A DNA stretch of 64,000 nt from Solirubrobacterales bacterium. GTDB taxonomy: Bacteria; Actinomycetota; Thermoleophilia; Solirubrobacterales; 70-9. The stretch lies in NCBI GenBank assembly GCA_050180135.1, contig JBFXEM010000001.1:2667-66666 (forward strand). The letters are read 5' to 3'. The translations under genes were made by a program, and so were the position numbers. The notes under the pieces are model-generated. The model did no database searches, was not told where the DNA came from, and worked only from the letters and a program-made list of their open reading frames with translations. Positions within the stretch are counted from its first letter, which is position 1; each line of letters starts with the position of its first letter. This document shows positions 27,049 to 36,943 of the stretch, piece by piece.

Positions 27049-28100
27049 ACCACGGGGAGGGGAATCTCGTCGGCGACCGGCGCGAAATGCCGCGCCACCA
27101 TCGGCTCCGAAACCGCTGCAAGGCTGGTTGGATCCCAGCGCGGACGCCGGTCCTTGTCGACGAGCACCGCGCGGATCCCCTCGGGTAGGTCGTGCGTCGA
27201 TAGGAAGGCGCTGGAGACGCGGAAGTCCTGCTCCAGGCATTCCTCCACCGCCGCCATCGAGCGCGCCCGTCGAATCGCCTCGAGCGTCACCTTGAGCGCG
27301 AGCGGCGACATCAAGCCGATCTCCGCGGCCGCCGCATGCGCCGCTGGGTCCGGGTGCCGCTCGAGCGCGGCGACGATTCCCTCAACCGAGTCGTGGGAGT
27401 AGCACGAGTCGATCCAAGCCTCTCTCGCCGGCAATGTCAGTTCATCCGACTCCCCGTCGACAGGGGCCGGTCGCAAGCTTCCCAAAGCCGCCTCGACGTC
27501 GCCCGCACTCAGCGCCTCCACCAGAAGATGGTGAGCCTCAGTTGGTGCGATGGCGTCCGCCAGCCCGCAGTGGATCGCATCGCGCGCGCCGATCACCTCT
27601 CCCGTGAGCGCGAGGTGGATCCCGGACTCGCCCGGTGCCCTCGCCAACAGGAAGGATCCACCGACGTCGGGGGCGAGGCCGATCTTCACCTCCGGCATGG
27701 CGATCGCGGCGCCAGGCACGACGAGACGATGGCTGGCATGCCCGGCCAAGCCGATCCCCCCACCCATCACGACCCCCTCCATGAGCGCGACGATCGGCTT
27801 CGGGTAGCGCGCGATCCGCGCGTTGAGTTCGTACTCCCGACGCCAGAACTCGCGCGCCACCTGTGGTTCGCCGGCCCGAATCGAATCGCGGACCAGGATT
27901 ACATCGCCGCCGGCGCAGAAGCCGCGCTGGCCCGCTCCCCGCAGGAATACGCACGAGACCTCGTCGTCGCGCCGCCAATCCTCCAGGGCGCCCGTCAGCG
28001 CCTGCACCATCGCGAGGCTGAGGGAGTTGATCGCCTCTGGGCGGTTGAGGGTCAGCACCCCGAGTCGCCCTGCCCTCTCCACAATGACCTGTTCCGTCAT
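27039..28100 (-). CDS. enoyl-CoA hydratase/isomerase superfamily, 3-hydroxyisobutyryl-CoA hydrolase-like (ECH_2)
   Basis: 'VFLRGAGQRGFCAGGDV', 'ALMEGVVMGGGIGLAGH', and a ~350-aa length with the C-terminal helical extension typical of HIBCH-like proteins. Confidence 0.85.
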   Translation of the reverse strand: MTEQVIVERAGRLGVLTLNRPEAINSLSLAMVQALTGALEDWRRDDEVSCVFLRGAGQRGFCAGGDVILVRDSIRAGEPQVAREFWRREYELNARIARYPKPIVALMEGVVMGGGIGLAGHASHRLVVPGAAIAMPEVKIGLAPDVGGSFLLARAPGESGIHLALTGEVIGARDAIHCGLADAIAPTEAHHLLVEALSAGDVEAALGSLRPAPVDGESDELTLPAREAWIDSCYSHDSVEGIVAALERHPDPAAHAAAAEIGLMSPLALKVTLEAIRRARSMAAVEECLEQDFRVSSAFLSTHDLPEGIRAVLVDKDRRPRWDPTSLAAVSEPMVARHFAPVADEIPLPVVQS

Positions 28101-28196
28101 CCGGAAAGTGACCCTATCGCTTATCCCTTTGCGGCCTAAGGTGCTGGGACTTTCGTGCGCGGTTTAGGGACCCGCGGGACCGATACGATCTTCTCC

Positions 28197-29183
28197 ATGC
28201 AAACCATCCGGCTGAACACGGTTACCGGCGTTCCGGTCTTCAGGCAGATCATCGAGCAGATCACCTACATGATCGAGATGGGTCAGCTGAACAACGGCGA
28301 CCGGCTGCCCAGCAGCCGGATGCTGGCCGACAACCTGCACGTCAACCGCAACACCGTCGCCCGCGCCTACGGCGAGCTTCGCAACCGCGGCCTAGTCAGC
28401 CGCCAGGGGCGCCACGGGATGGTCGTCCGCTCGGCTGAGAGCGCCCGCGAGCGGATGGCCGCCCGCGAGAGCGCCCACGCGATCCTCGGCACCGCGGTCA
28501 CCCGCTGCATCGAGCTTGGCCTGCCAGCCGAGGAAATCGCCTCGCTCGCCTACCAGCAGAGCCTCCACGCCGAGCGGACCGAGGTCCAGCTCTCCTTCGT
28601 CGAGTGCAACGTCGAGCGCGCCGACGCCTTCGCCGCCGAGCTCGGCGGAGCGCTTGAGGCGCCGATCAACCCCCTCGTCCTCGGCTCAATCGACGCCACC
28701 GACGTGCGGGGGCAGGATCTCGTCATCACCACCTTCTTCCACCTCTCCGAAGTCCGCCGCCTGGTCCGCGAGCTGGCGCCCGAGGATCCGCCCGAGGTGC
28801 TGGCGATCGTCGTCGCCCCACACGTGAAAACGCTAGTGCGGCTGAGCCAAATCCCCGCCGACCACCGGATCGGGATCTACTACACGACCGACGACCAGGC
28901 GCAGGCGCTGCGCCAGTCGCTGACCGACACCGGGGTGACGGAGATCGACGTGATCTCCGGCCCCGACGACCCGGCGATCGCCGGCTGCGACCTGGTGATC
29001 GTGCCGAGCGAGAGCCCCGAGCTGGCCAAGGAGCTCGACGGCAAGGTGCCGCTGCTCGAGTACGGCAACGTGCTCGACGCCGGCTCGATCAAGATGGTCT
29101 CCGACGTGGTCGACGAAGTCCGCGAGCGCAAGGGCGACGTCGGTGGCGTCACCGCGACCGAGGACCTCGTCACCCAATCCTGA
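28197..29183 (+). CDS. GntR-family regulator with a large uncharacterised C-terminal domain
   Basis: ATG 28197. wHTH 'GDRLPSSRMLADNLHVNRNTVARAYGELRNRGLVSRQGRHG'. Divergent from the HIBCH-like gene. Confidence 0.8.
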   Translation: MQTIRLNTVTGVPVFRQIIEQITYMIEMGQLNNGDRLPSSRMLADNLHVNRNTVARAYGELRNRGLVSRQGRHGMVVRSAESARERMAARESAHAILGTAVTRCIELGLPAEEIASLAYQQSLHAERTEVQLSFVECNVERADAFAAELGGALEAPINPLVLGSIDATDVRGQDLVITTFFHLSEVRRLVRELAPEDPPEVLAIVVAPHVKTLVRLSQIPADHRIGIYYTTDDQAQALRQSLTDTGVTEIDVISGPDDPAIAGCDLVIVPSESPELAKELDGKVPLLEYGNVLDAGSIKMVSDVVDEVRERKGDVGGVTATEDLVTQS

Positions 29184-29361
29184 GATCCCAGCGTCGATAG
29201 CTCGTTCGCTCCTGCCAGGAGCAGGTCACGGGGAGCCCATGGCGGTGGCCTCGGTGCGATTCGAGCCGCGAGCTGCCCAGACTCGATCAGTCCGACCAGC
29301 CGTTCGGCGATTTGCTCGTAGGCCGGCGGCGCCGACGCGCCGCACGATCACATGCTGTAGT

Positions 29362-29411
29362 GACATAGCCCCCGCGTTAACAATTGACCCAAGTAGCTAT
29401 GTCAATACAAT
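29362..29411 (+). promoter_or_regulatory. promoter TTGACC-16-TACAAT bracketed by the 8-bp inverted repeat GACATAGC...GCTATGTC, upstream of YbaK-like copy 2
   Basis: -35 at 29384-29389, -10 at 29406-29411, ATG at 29421 (very short or no leader). IR arms at 29362-29369 and 29396-29403. Confidence 0.4.
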
Positions 29412-29420
29412 AACGGAGCG

Positions 29421-29921
29421 ATGAGCGCCGAAGCACCGAGATCCAACGCCCTGCCCGAGCCCGTGCGGCGCGTCGCCGACGCGCTCGAAGCGGTCGGCCT
29501 CGCCGCCGAGATCCGCCTCGTCGACAAGCGCACCCACACCGTCGAGGAGGCGGCGAGCGCGCTCGGGGTCGAGCCGCGGCAGATCGTCAAGTCGATGGTC
29601 TTCCGCGGCCGGCGGGAGGACCGGCTGGTGCTGGTCGTGCTCGCCGGCGACCGCCAGGTCGACCTCGCCAAGGTCACCGCCAAGCTCGGCGAAAACGTCG
29701 TCCGCGCCGACCCCGACTGGGTCCGCGAGCGGACCGGCTTCGCCATCGGCGGCATCCCGCCGCTCGCCCACGCAACCCCGGCGACCGTCCTCGTCGACGC
29801 CGGCATCCCCGGCGACGACGACCTCTGGGCTGGCGCCGGAACCTCCCGCGCCCTCTTCCGCGCCAGCGGCCACCAACTGCGCGTGGCCATCGGCGGCACT
29901 GTCGCCGACGTCGGCTGCTAG
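29421..29921 (+). CDS. YbaK/ProX-type aminoacyl-tRNA deacylase domain protein, copy 2
   Basis: 'THTVEEAASALGVEPRQIVKSMVF...LVVLAGDRQVDLAKV...TGFAIGGIPPLAH...LWAGAGT'. Colinear with 10071..10556. Confidence 0.8.
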   Translation: MSAEAPRSNALPEPVRRVADALEAVGLAAEIRLVDKRTHTVEEAASALGVEPRQIVKSMVFRGRREDRLVLVVLAGDRQVDLAKVTAKLGENVVRADPDWVRERTGFAIGGIPPLAHATPATVLVDAGIPGDDDLWAGAGTSRALFRASGHQLRVAIGGTVADVGC

Positions 29922-29935
29922 GCGACTCGCCCCGG

Positions 29936-31330
29936 CTAGACGAACGCCCGTGCCGCCTCGCCGATTGCCTGGTCAAGGATCTCGAGCCCTTGAGCGAGCT
30001 GCGCTGGGGTCGTGGTCAGTGCAGGGGCGAGCCGCAGGGTGCCGCCGAGGTCGCCGCCGAGCTGGACGACATTGACGTGCAGACCGAGGTCGAGGCAGCG
30101 GGCGGTGACCGCGGCGCCGAGCTCGGGCGCCGCGGCCTTCGTCTCCGGGTCGAGGACGAACTCGAGCCCCAGCATCAGGCCGCGGCCGCGGACGTCGCCA
30201 ATCACCGCGTGGCGCATCTTCAGTTCGTTCAGCCCGCCGGCCAGCTGGGCGCCCTTGACCCGCACCTGCGCCGCCATCTCCTCGCGCTCGAGCACGTCGA
30301 GCACGGTGTTGCCGACGGCGGCGGCGAGCGGGTCGGAGACGTGGGTGGTGAAGAAGAGGTAGCCGAGCTCGTGCCCGCGCTGCTCGATCTCGGCGCTGGT
30401 AATGACGGCGGCCACCGGCAGCCCCGCCCCGAGCGTCTTCGAGAGGGTGAGGACGTCTGGGACGAAGCCCTCCGCTTCAAAGGCGTACATCGCGCCTGTG
30501 CGACAGAGGGCGGTCTGCGCTTCGTCGAGGATCAGCAGCATGCCGCGCTCGTGGCACTTGCGCTGCAGCGCCGCCAGGTAGCCGCGGGGCGGGACGATCA
30601 CGCCGCCGCTCGAGAGGATCGGCTCGACGATGCAGGCGGCGAGGCTGCCGCACGACTCCTGGTCGATCTGGGCGAAGCTGAATTCGAGCTGCTCCTGCCA
30701 GTCGAGCTGGCCGTGGGCGTCGGTGAAGTCGGGGCGGTAGCCGTAGGGGGTCGGGATCGCGAAGTTGCCCGGGACCGAGGGGCCGTAGCCGCGGCGCGGG
30801 GTCGAGTAGGTGGCGTTGGCGACGCCGAGCGTCATCCCGTGCCAGGAGCGGCTGAAGGAGACGACCTCGTGCTTGCCGGTGACCAGCTTTGCCAGCCGCA
30901 GCGCCGCCTCGTTCGACTCGGCCCCGGTGCTCAGCAGCAGCACCCGCTCGAGCGGATCGGGCAGCGACTCGGCGAGGCGGCGCGAGAGCTCGACCACCGG
31001 CCGGCTCAGCATGCCGCTAAAGAGGTGCGAGAGGTTCTCGCTTGCGGTCCGGACGATGGCGGTGATCGCCGGGTGCGAGTGGCCCAGGATCGCGCTCATC
31101 TGGCCCGAGGTGAAGTCGAGCACCTCGCGGCCGTCGTTGAGGTGGAGGACGCTGCCCGCGGCCCGCTCGACGATCACAGGCGAGAACGAGGAGGTGTAGC
31201 GGAGGACGTGGCGGCCGGCTTCGGCCCAGAAGTCGGCGTCATCGGAGGTGCCGATGGGCGCGGCGGTGGCGGTGGACGGGACGGGAGCGATTGCAGTCGG
31301 GTTGGTCATGGGCACCACGCTAGGCGTCAT
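29936..31330 (-). CDS. dgdA: 2,2-dialkylglycine decarboxylase (pyruvate)-like class-III PLP aminotransferase
   Basis: Long blocks match the recalled Burkholderia DGD sequence: 'LDFTSGQMSAILGHSHP', 'HLFSGMLSRPVVELSRRLA', 'LLLSTGAESNEAALRLAKLVTGK', 'SWHGMT', 'EPILSSGGVIVPPRGYLAALQRKCHERGMLLILDEAQT', 'LTLSKTLGAGLP', 'HELGYLFFTTHVSDPLAAAVG', 'IGDVRGRGLMLG'. An alternative start is ATG 31309. Confidence 0.85.
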   Translation of the reverse strand: MTPSVVPMTNPTAIAPVPSTATAAPIGTSDDADFWAEAGRHVLRYTSSFSPVIVERAAGSVLHLNDGREVLDFTSGQMSAILGHSHPAITAIVRTASENLSHLFSGMLSRPVVELSRRLAESLPDPLERVLLLSTGAESNEAALRLAKLVTGKHEVVSFSRSWHGMTLGVANATYSTPRRGYGPSVPGNFAIPTPYGYRPDFTDAHGQLDWQEQLEFSFAQIDQESCGSLAACIVEPILSSGGVIVPPRGYLAALQRKCHERGMLLILDEAQTALCRTGAMYAFEAEGFVPDVLTLSKTLGAGLPVAAVITSAEIEQRGHELGYLFFTTHVSDPLAAAVGNTVLDVLEREEMAAQVRVKGAQLAGGLNELKMRHAVIGDVRGRGLMLGLEFVLDPETKAAAPELGAAVTARCLDLGLHVNVVQLGGDLGGTLRLAPALTTTPAQLAQGLEILDQAIGEAARAFV

Positions 31331-31384
31331 AACCGTTCATGTCCATCGACTTTTCCTGCCCTTGCTATTAAGTTTATCCGCACA

Positions 31385-32290
31385 ATGCTCGACCCTCGCC
31401 GCCTCCGCCTGCTCGTCACCCTGGAGTCGCTCGGGACCGTCCGCGCCGTCGCCGCCGCGGTTTCGATGAGCCCCTCGGCGGTCTCGCAGCAGCTCGGCGT
31501 GCTCGAGACCGAAAGCGGGATCAAGCTGCTCGAGCGGCACGGCCGCTCGGTCCGCCTGACCCCCGCAGGCCATGCGCTGGCGGCCAGCGGGGTCGAGATT
31601 CTCGACCGGATCGCCAGTGCCGAAGAGGAGCTGCGGGCCTGGCAGGGAGCCGCCGGGGTTGTCCGAGTCGGCACCTTCACCAGCGCCCTCACCGCCTTCG
31701 TCATCGCGGCGGCCGGGCGGGTCGAGGCCGCCCACGAGGGCTTGCGGGTCAGCCTCAGCGAGCTGCCGCCGGAGCTACTCGTGCAGTCACTGGCGCGGGG
31801 CGAGGTCGACCTCGCCGTGGTCGGCGACTACGGCGACGGCTCGAGCCCCTACCCGGCCGAGCTCGACCTGACGCCGCTGGTCACCGACCGCCTGCTGGCG
31901 ATCCTCCCCGCCGGCCACCCGCTCGCCGGCGAGGTCGTCACCTTCGAGCAGTTGCGCGGCGAGCGCTGGCTGCTCGACGGCACCGACCTCGAGCGCCACG
32001 TCGTCGCCCAGTGCCGCCGCGCCGGCCTCGAGCCGGCGGTCGCGGGCCGGATCGCCAGCCACGTGCCGCTGATGCAGGCGGTCGCGGTCGGGCTCGGGGT
32101 GACGGTCCTGCCCTCGCTGGCGGTCGAGCCGCGGCCGGCCGGGGTGGTGAGCTGCCCGCTGGAGCCGGCCAGCGGCCGCAACCTCGCGGTCCTGGTCCGC
32201 CCCGAGGCAGCGCGGCGCGACTCGATAGTCGTCGCCCGCGAAGCGATCGTCGCCACCGCCGAGGAGAAGTTGGCCCGCCTCCGGGCTTGA
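31385..32290 (+). CDS. LysR-family regulator divergent from dgdA (DgdR-like arrangement)
   Basis: ATG 31385. 'LRLLVTLESLGTVRAVAAAVSMSPSAVSQQLGVLETESGIKLLERHGRSVRLTPAG'. 54-nt divergent intergenic region. Confidence 0.85.
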   Translation: MLDPRRLRLLVTLESLGTVRAVAAAVSMSPSAVSQQLGVLETESGIKLLERHGRSVRLTPAGHALAASGVEILDRIASAEEELRAWQGAAGVVRVGTFTSALTAFVIAAAGRVEAAHEGLRVSLSELPPELLVQSLARGEVDLAVVGDYGDGSSPYPAELDLTPLVTDRLLAILPAGHPLAGEVVTFEQLRGERWLLDGTDLERHVVAQCRRAGLEPAVAGRIASHVPLMQAVAVGLGVTVLPSLAVEPRPAGVVSCPLEPASGRNLAVLVRPEAARRDSIVVAREAIVATAEEKLARLRA

Positions 32291-32414
32291 TGTGCATCTG
32301 TACATGAAATGGCCTACTTCCTAGCCCTGCAGGCGATCGTCGTCGAGGCCTTCGCGCCGTCCCCGAGCCGGGTGTAGATCCGCGTCAGGTTGCCTCGTTC
32401 CACCTCGATAACGC

Positions 32415-32840
32415 CTAGCGGCTCGGCGCGTTCTGGACGATGAACGAGATGATGTCTTCGGTCCGGGTGCCGGGGCCGAAGACCTCGGTGACGCCTACCT
32501 GTTTCAGTGCCTCCGCGTCCTCCTCGGGGATCGTGCCGCCGACCAGGAAGAGGACGTCTGAGCGGTCGCTCGCGGCCAGCAGCTTGCAGAGGTCCTTGGC
32601 GTACTCCATGTGGGCGCCGGAGAGGCTCGAGAGTCCGAGAACCGCCGCGTCCTCCTGGATCACCGCCCGCAGGATCGAGTCCGGGGTCTGGTAGATGCCG
32701 GTGTAGACGACCTCCATCCCGGCGTCCCGCAGGGCGCGGGCGACGACCTTGGCGCCGCGGTCGTGGCCGTCGAGCCCCGGCTTGGCGACGATCACCTTGA
32801 TCGGCGGGGCTTGGGTCCCGCCGGCGGTTGGGCTGGTCAT
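32415..32840 (-). CDS. B12-binding small subunit of split acyl-CoA mutase, copy B
   Basis: '[34 protein letters not shown]'. 141 aa. Colinear with 20651..21085. Confidence 0.9.
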   Translation of the reverse strand: MTSPTAGGTQAPPIKVIVAKPGLDGHDRGAKVVARALRDAGMEVVYTGIYQTPDSILRAVIQEDAAVLGLSSLSGAHMEYAKDLCKLLAASDRSDVLFLVGGTIPEEDAEALKQVGVTEVFGPGTRTEDIISFIVQNAPSR

Positions 32841-32862
32841 GGGTAAGTGCTCCTTTCGTGGC

Positions 32863-34560
32863 CTAGAAGACCGTCGAGGGCTGGTAGAGGCCCCAGGCGT
32901 TGCGGAGGACGTCGGTGATCTCTTCGACCGTGGCCCGGGCGCGGACCGCCTCCTCGATCTCCGGCATCCGGTTGTGGTGCAGGTCGCCGGCCACCGCCTC
33001 GAGCTCGCGCAGCGCTTGCGCGACCCGTTTCTCCTCGCGGGAGGCCTTCACTTCCTTCAGCCGCTTGATCTGCCGCTCCCCGACCCCGGGGTCGGGGCGG
33101 AAGAGCTCGACGCCCCCGGTCGAGCGGTCGTCGTCGACGAACTCGTTGACACCGACCGTGATCCGGTCGTTCGACTCGAGCGCGATCTGCTGTTCCCAGG
33201 CGGAGTCGGCGATCAGCTGGTTCGCGTAGCCGGTTTCGATCGCCGGGATCATGCCGCCCATCTCGTCGATCCGCTTGATCAGCTCGAGCGCTTCCTCCTC
33301 GATCCGCGAGGTCAGCGACTCGATGTAGTACGAGCCCCCGAGCGGGTCGACGACGTCGGCGACACCGGTCTCGTGCAGGATCAGCTGCTGGGTCCGGACC
33401 GCGACCTTGATCGCTTCCTCGGAGGGGATCGCGAAGGCCTCGTCGAGCGAGTTGGTGTGCAGCGACTGGGTGCCACCGAGGATGCTCGCCAGCGCCTGGA
33501 TCGCGGTCCGGGCGACGTTGTTGAGCGGCTGCTGCGCGGTCAGCGAGACGCCCGCAGTCTGGCAGTGGGCCCGCATCAGCCAGGAGCGCGGATCGGTGCA
33601 CTTCAGCCGCTCGCGGGTCAGGCGCGCCCAGAGGCGACGGGCGGCCCGCATCTTCGCGATCTCCTCGAGGAAGTCGTTGTGGACGTCCCAGAAGAAGGAG
33701 ACCCGCGGCGCCAAGGTGTCGGGGTGGATGCCGCGTTCCTGCCCCAGTTCGAGGTAACAGAGGGCGGCGCTGAGGGTCAGCCCGACCTCCTGCACGGCGG
33801 TCGCCCCGGCGTCGCGGATGTGGTACCCGCAGGCGTTCAGCGGGTTGAAGCGGGGCATCACCTTGGCGCCGTACTCCATCGTGTCGACGACCAGCTCGGC
33901 CGCTTTCGCGGGCGGGAAGATGAACTCGTTCTGCGCGGTGTACTCCTTGAGGATGTCGTTCTGCGTCGTGCCGGTCAGCTGGCTGCCGGCGATTCCGCGT
34001 TCGTCGCCGACCACCCGGTACATCGCCAACAGGATCGCCGCCGAGGCGTTGATCGTCAGCGAGGTCGAGACTTCCTCCAGCGGGATCCCGTCGAACAGGG
34101 CGTGGAAGTCGACGACGGTGTCGACGGCGACGCCGATCTTGCCGATCTCGCGGTGGTACTCGGGATGGTCGGAGTCGTAGCCGAGCAGGGTCGGCAGGTC
34201 GAAGTCGGTCGAGAGCCCGGTCTCGCCGTGGGCGAGCAGGTACTTGTAGCGGCCATTGGTGTCCTCGGCCTGCCCGAAGCCGGCGACCTGGCGGATCGTC
34301 CACGGCCGGCCGCGATACATGCTCGCGTGGGGGCCGCGGGTGAAGGGGTACTCGCCCGGCAGGCCGATGTCCTTGACCGGGTCGATGTCCTTGACGTCGT
34401 CCTCGGTGTAGACGTCGTCGATGTCGAGGCCGGAGAGCGTTTTGAACTCCTCGCGCCGGGGGGATATGCGCTCGTAATCCTTGCTGAGTCGCTCCTCCTT
34501 CCACTTCTCGACGCGGTCGGACTTGGTGGCTGGCTTCTTGACTGCGTTTACGTCGTCCAT
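32863..34560 (-). CDS. acyl-CoA mutase large subunit (ICM/HCM-like), copy B
   Basis: '[32 protein letters not shown]...[18 protein letters not shown]', '[17 protein letters not shown]'. 565 aa, the same length as copy A. Confidence 0.9.
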   Translation of the reverse strand: MDDVNAVKKPATKSDRVEKWKEERLSKDYERISPRREEFKTLSGLDIDDVYTEDDVKDIDPVKDIGLPGEYPFTRGPHASMYRGRPWTIRQVAGFGQAEDTNGRYKYLLAHGETGLSTDFDLPTLLGYDSDHPEYHREIGKIGVAVDTVVDFHALFDGIPLEEVSTSLTINASAAILLAMYRVVGDERGIAGSQLTGTTQNDILKEYTAQNEFIFPPAKAAELVVDTMEYGAKVMPRFNPLNACGYHIRDAGATAVQEVGLTLSAALCYLELGQERGIHPDTLAPRVSFFWDVHNDFLEEIAKMRAARRLWARLTRERLKCTDPRSWLMRAHCQTAGVSLTAQQPLNNVARTAIQALASILGGTQSLHTNSLDEAFAIPSEEAIKVAVRTQQLILHETGVADVVDPLGGSYYIESLTSRIEEEALELIKRIDEMGGMIPAIETGYANQLIADSAWEQQIALESNDRITVGVNEFVDDDRSTGGVELFRPDPGVGERQIKRLKEVKASREEKRVAQALRELEAVAGDLHHNRMPEIEEAVRARATVEEITDVLRNAWGLYQPSTVF

Positions 34561-35453
34561 CTGCGTGCTGCCTCCCTCAGGATGCGTTTGACCGCGCTGT
34601 TCAGGTCGAGGTTCTCTTCGGTTGGTTCGTCGGCGCAGGAGCGGGTCCAGGCCTCGGCGATCAGGGCCGCCTCGCGGGCGCGCTTGCGGGCGCGCAGCTC
34701 GGTCAGTCCCTCGTCCTCCTGCAGGCGACCCCAGCGCTGCTCGAGCGCGTCCCGCAGCTCCGGCACCCCGACCCCTTCGGTGGCGATCGTCGTCGTGACC
34801 GGGAAGTCGCGGCCCATGCTGAGCCGCAGGTGGCGGACGGTCTCGGGGGCGCCGGGGCGGTCGGCCATATTGACGACGACCATGTCGGCGACCTCCATCA
34901 GGCCGGCCTTGATCGCCTGCACCGCGTCGCCGAGACCGGGCACCGTTACGAGGGCGATGGTGTCGGCCAGCTCGGCGATCGCGACCTCGGTCTGGCCGGC
35001 GCCGACCGTCTCGATCAGGATCACGTCGAAGGAGCCGGAGAGCTCGAGCAGCCGCGCGACGTTGCGGGTCGCGCCGGCGATCGCGCCGTGCGAGCCGCGG
35101 CTGGCGAGGCTGCGCACGAAGACGTCCTCGCGCCCCATCAGGTGGGTCTCCATCCGCAGCCGGTCGCCGAGGACCGCGCCGCCGCTGATCGGGCTCGAGG
35201 GGTCGATCGCGAGCACCGCGACGCGGGCGCCGGCGTCGGCGTAGGCCTCGATCAGGCGGCCGGTCAGGGTGCTCTTGCCGGCCCCGGGGGGGCCGGTGAT
35301 CCCGACCACCTGGACCGGCTGCGACGGCGGCGGCAGCGTCACCTGCCAGGGCGGGCTGTTCTCGATCCGCGTGATCGCCCGGGCCAGCGCGCCCCAGCCC
35401 GGCTTCTCGCGGTGCTCGGCGATCAGCCCCTGGATGTCAGTTTGCCCGTACAA
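34548..35453 (-). CDS. meaB: MeaB/ArgK-type G-protein chaperone, copy B
   Basis: TTG start. '[18 protein letters not shown]'. 301 aa. Same 13-nt and 17-nt overlaps as copy A. Confidence 0.85.
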   Translation of the reverse strand: MYGQTDIQGLIAEHREKPGWGALARAITRIENSPPWQVTLPPPSQPVQVVGITGPPGAGKSTLTGRLIEAYADAGARVAVLAIDPSSPISGGAVLGDRLRMETHLMGREDVFVRSLASRGSHGAIAGATRNVARLLELSGSFDVILIETVGAGQTEVAIAELADTIALVTVPGLGDAVQAIKAGLMEVADMVVVNMADRPGAPETVRHLRLSMGRDFPVTTTIATEGVGVPELRDALEQRWGRLQEDEGLTELRARKRAREAALIAEAWTRSCADEPTEENLDLNSAVKRILREAARRWTT

Positions 35454-36942
35454 GCTCGATCTCCCCGTCGAGGATCTGTTTGCGGATCAGCCCCTTGTCG
35501 GACTTGCCGATCCCGATCGACGGCATCGCGTCGATCACGGCGGCTCCCGAAGGGCGCTTGAAGGAGCTGAGTTCCTCGCGGCAGTGGCTCAGCAAGGCGC
35601 CGGCGTCGAGCCCGTTGCTGCCTGCGGCGGCGACCGCGACCACCACCGGGGTCTCGCCCCAGCGCTGGTCGGGGATGCCGACGACGGCGGCGGCGCTGAC
35701 CGCGGGGTGGCGGCAGGCGACCGCCTCGATCTCAGCCGGGGCGATGTTCAAGCCGCCGCTGATGATCAGATCCTTGAGCCGGCCGGTGAGGAAGACCCGG
35801 CCCTCCTCGTCGACGCGGCCGAGGTCACCGGTCCGCATCGAGCCGTCAGGGGTCCAGGCGGCGGCGGTCGTCGCCTCGTCGCCGTAGTAGCCGAGCATCC
35901 GCGCCGGGCTGCGGCAGATCAGCTCGCCGGGGGTGCCTTCGGTGATCTCGGCGCCGGCCTCATCGATGGCGACGACCCGCGAGCTTGGGAAGCTGACCCC
36001 GACCGTGGTCGGCTGCTCGCGCAGCATCCGGTCGCTGGCGACGGTCATCGGCAGCACCTCGGTCATCCCGTAGAACTGGTGGGTCTCGACGTTCGGCAGC
36101 GCGTCCCACCAACGCTGCAGGAGGCTGACCGGCATCGGCTCAGAGGCGAAAAGGATCCAGCGCAGGTTGGCGAGGTTCTCGAGCGGTGCCTTGTCGAGCA
36201 GCCGCGACATGATCGTCGGCACGGTGTCGAAGTTGGTGCAGTCGCGGGCGGCGAGGGCGACGCGCTCAGCGTCGAAGCGGGGCAGCACCCGGACCGAGCC
36301 GCCGGTCGCCAAGGTCGGCAAGATCTGCTCGCCGACCGCGGTGTAGAAGGGAAGGAAGGCGAGGTTACGGTCCTCGGGCCCGTAGGGGAGCGCGGTCGCC
36401 ATCTGCAGCGTCGCGTGGAGCAGCGTCCCCTGGGTGTGGACGACGCCCTTCGGCCAGCCGGTGCTGCCGCTGGTGAGCAGGATCGAGGCCGGACTCGAGG
36501 GGCCGAGGTTCGGCAGGTAGCAGTTGCCGTCACTGGCGAGCCCGCGCATCGAGAAGGTCGGCAGCGTCTCAGCCAGGCCGTCGCGCATCTCGTCGTCGAC
36601 CTCGCCGACGATCACTGCCGCCGCCTCGACCAGGGCGAGCTGGTCACGGATCGCCGGCACGTCGAGCATCACGTTGAGCGGGACGACGACGCAGCCAGCC
36701 CGCATGACTCCGAAGTAAACGGCGAGGTAGGCGGGCTCGTTGGTGCCGGCGATCGCCACCCGGTCGCCGGGCTGCAGCTTCAGGTCGTGGAGCAGGTGGT
36801 GGGCGATGCCGCGGGCGCGGTCCCAGAACTCGGTGTAGCTCCACTGCTCCTCGTGGGTGACGATGGCGGGGCGGCGGCCCTGGGCGCGGGCGACGGCGGC
36901 GATCCAGGCGACCAGGGTTTGCGGGGCCTTGCTGCCGGCCAT
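35437..36942 (-). CDS. AMP-forming acyl-CoA ligase, copy B
   Basis: ATG 36942 lies 1 nt after the upstream TGA. 'ILLTSGSTGWPKGVVHTQ', 'FYGMTE', 'TGDLGRVDEEGRVFLTGRLKDLIISGG'. Confidence 0.85.
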   Translation of the reverse strand: MAGSKAPQTLVAWIAAVARAQGRRPAIVTHEEQWSYTEFWDRARGIAHHLLHDLKLQPGDRVAIAGTNEPAYLAVYFGVMRAGCVVVPLNVMLDVPAIRDQLALVEAAAVIVGEVDDEMRDGLAETLPTFSMRGLASDGNCYLPNLGPSSPASILLTSGSTGWPKGVVHTQGTLLHATLQMATALPYGPEDRNLAFLPFYTAVGEQILPTLATGGSVRVLPRFDAERVALAARDCTNFDTVPTIMSRLLDKAPLENLANLRWILFASEPMPVSLLQRWWDALPNVETHQFYGMTEVLPMTVASDRMLREQPTTVGVSFPSSRVVAIDEAGAEITEGTPGELICRSPARMLGYYGDEATTAAAWTPDGSMRTGDLGRVDEEGRVFLTGRLKDLIISGGLNIAPAEIEAVACRHPAVSAAAVVGIPDQRWGETPVVVAVAAAGSNGLDAGALLSHCREELSSFKRPSGAAVIDAMPSIGIGKSDKGLIRKQILDGEIELVRAN

Positions 36943-36943
36943 C

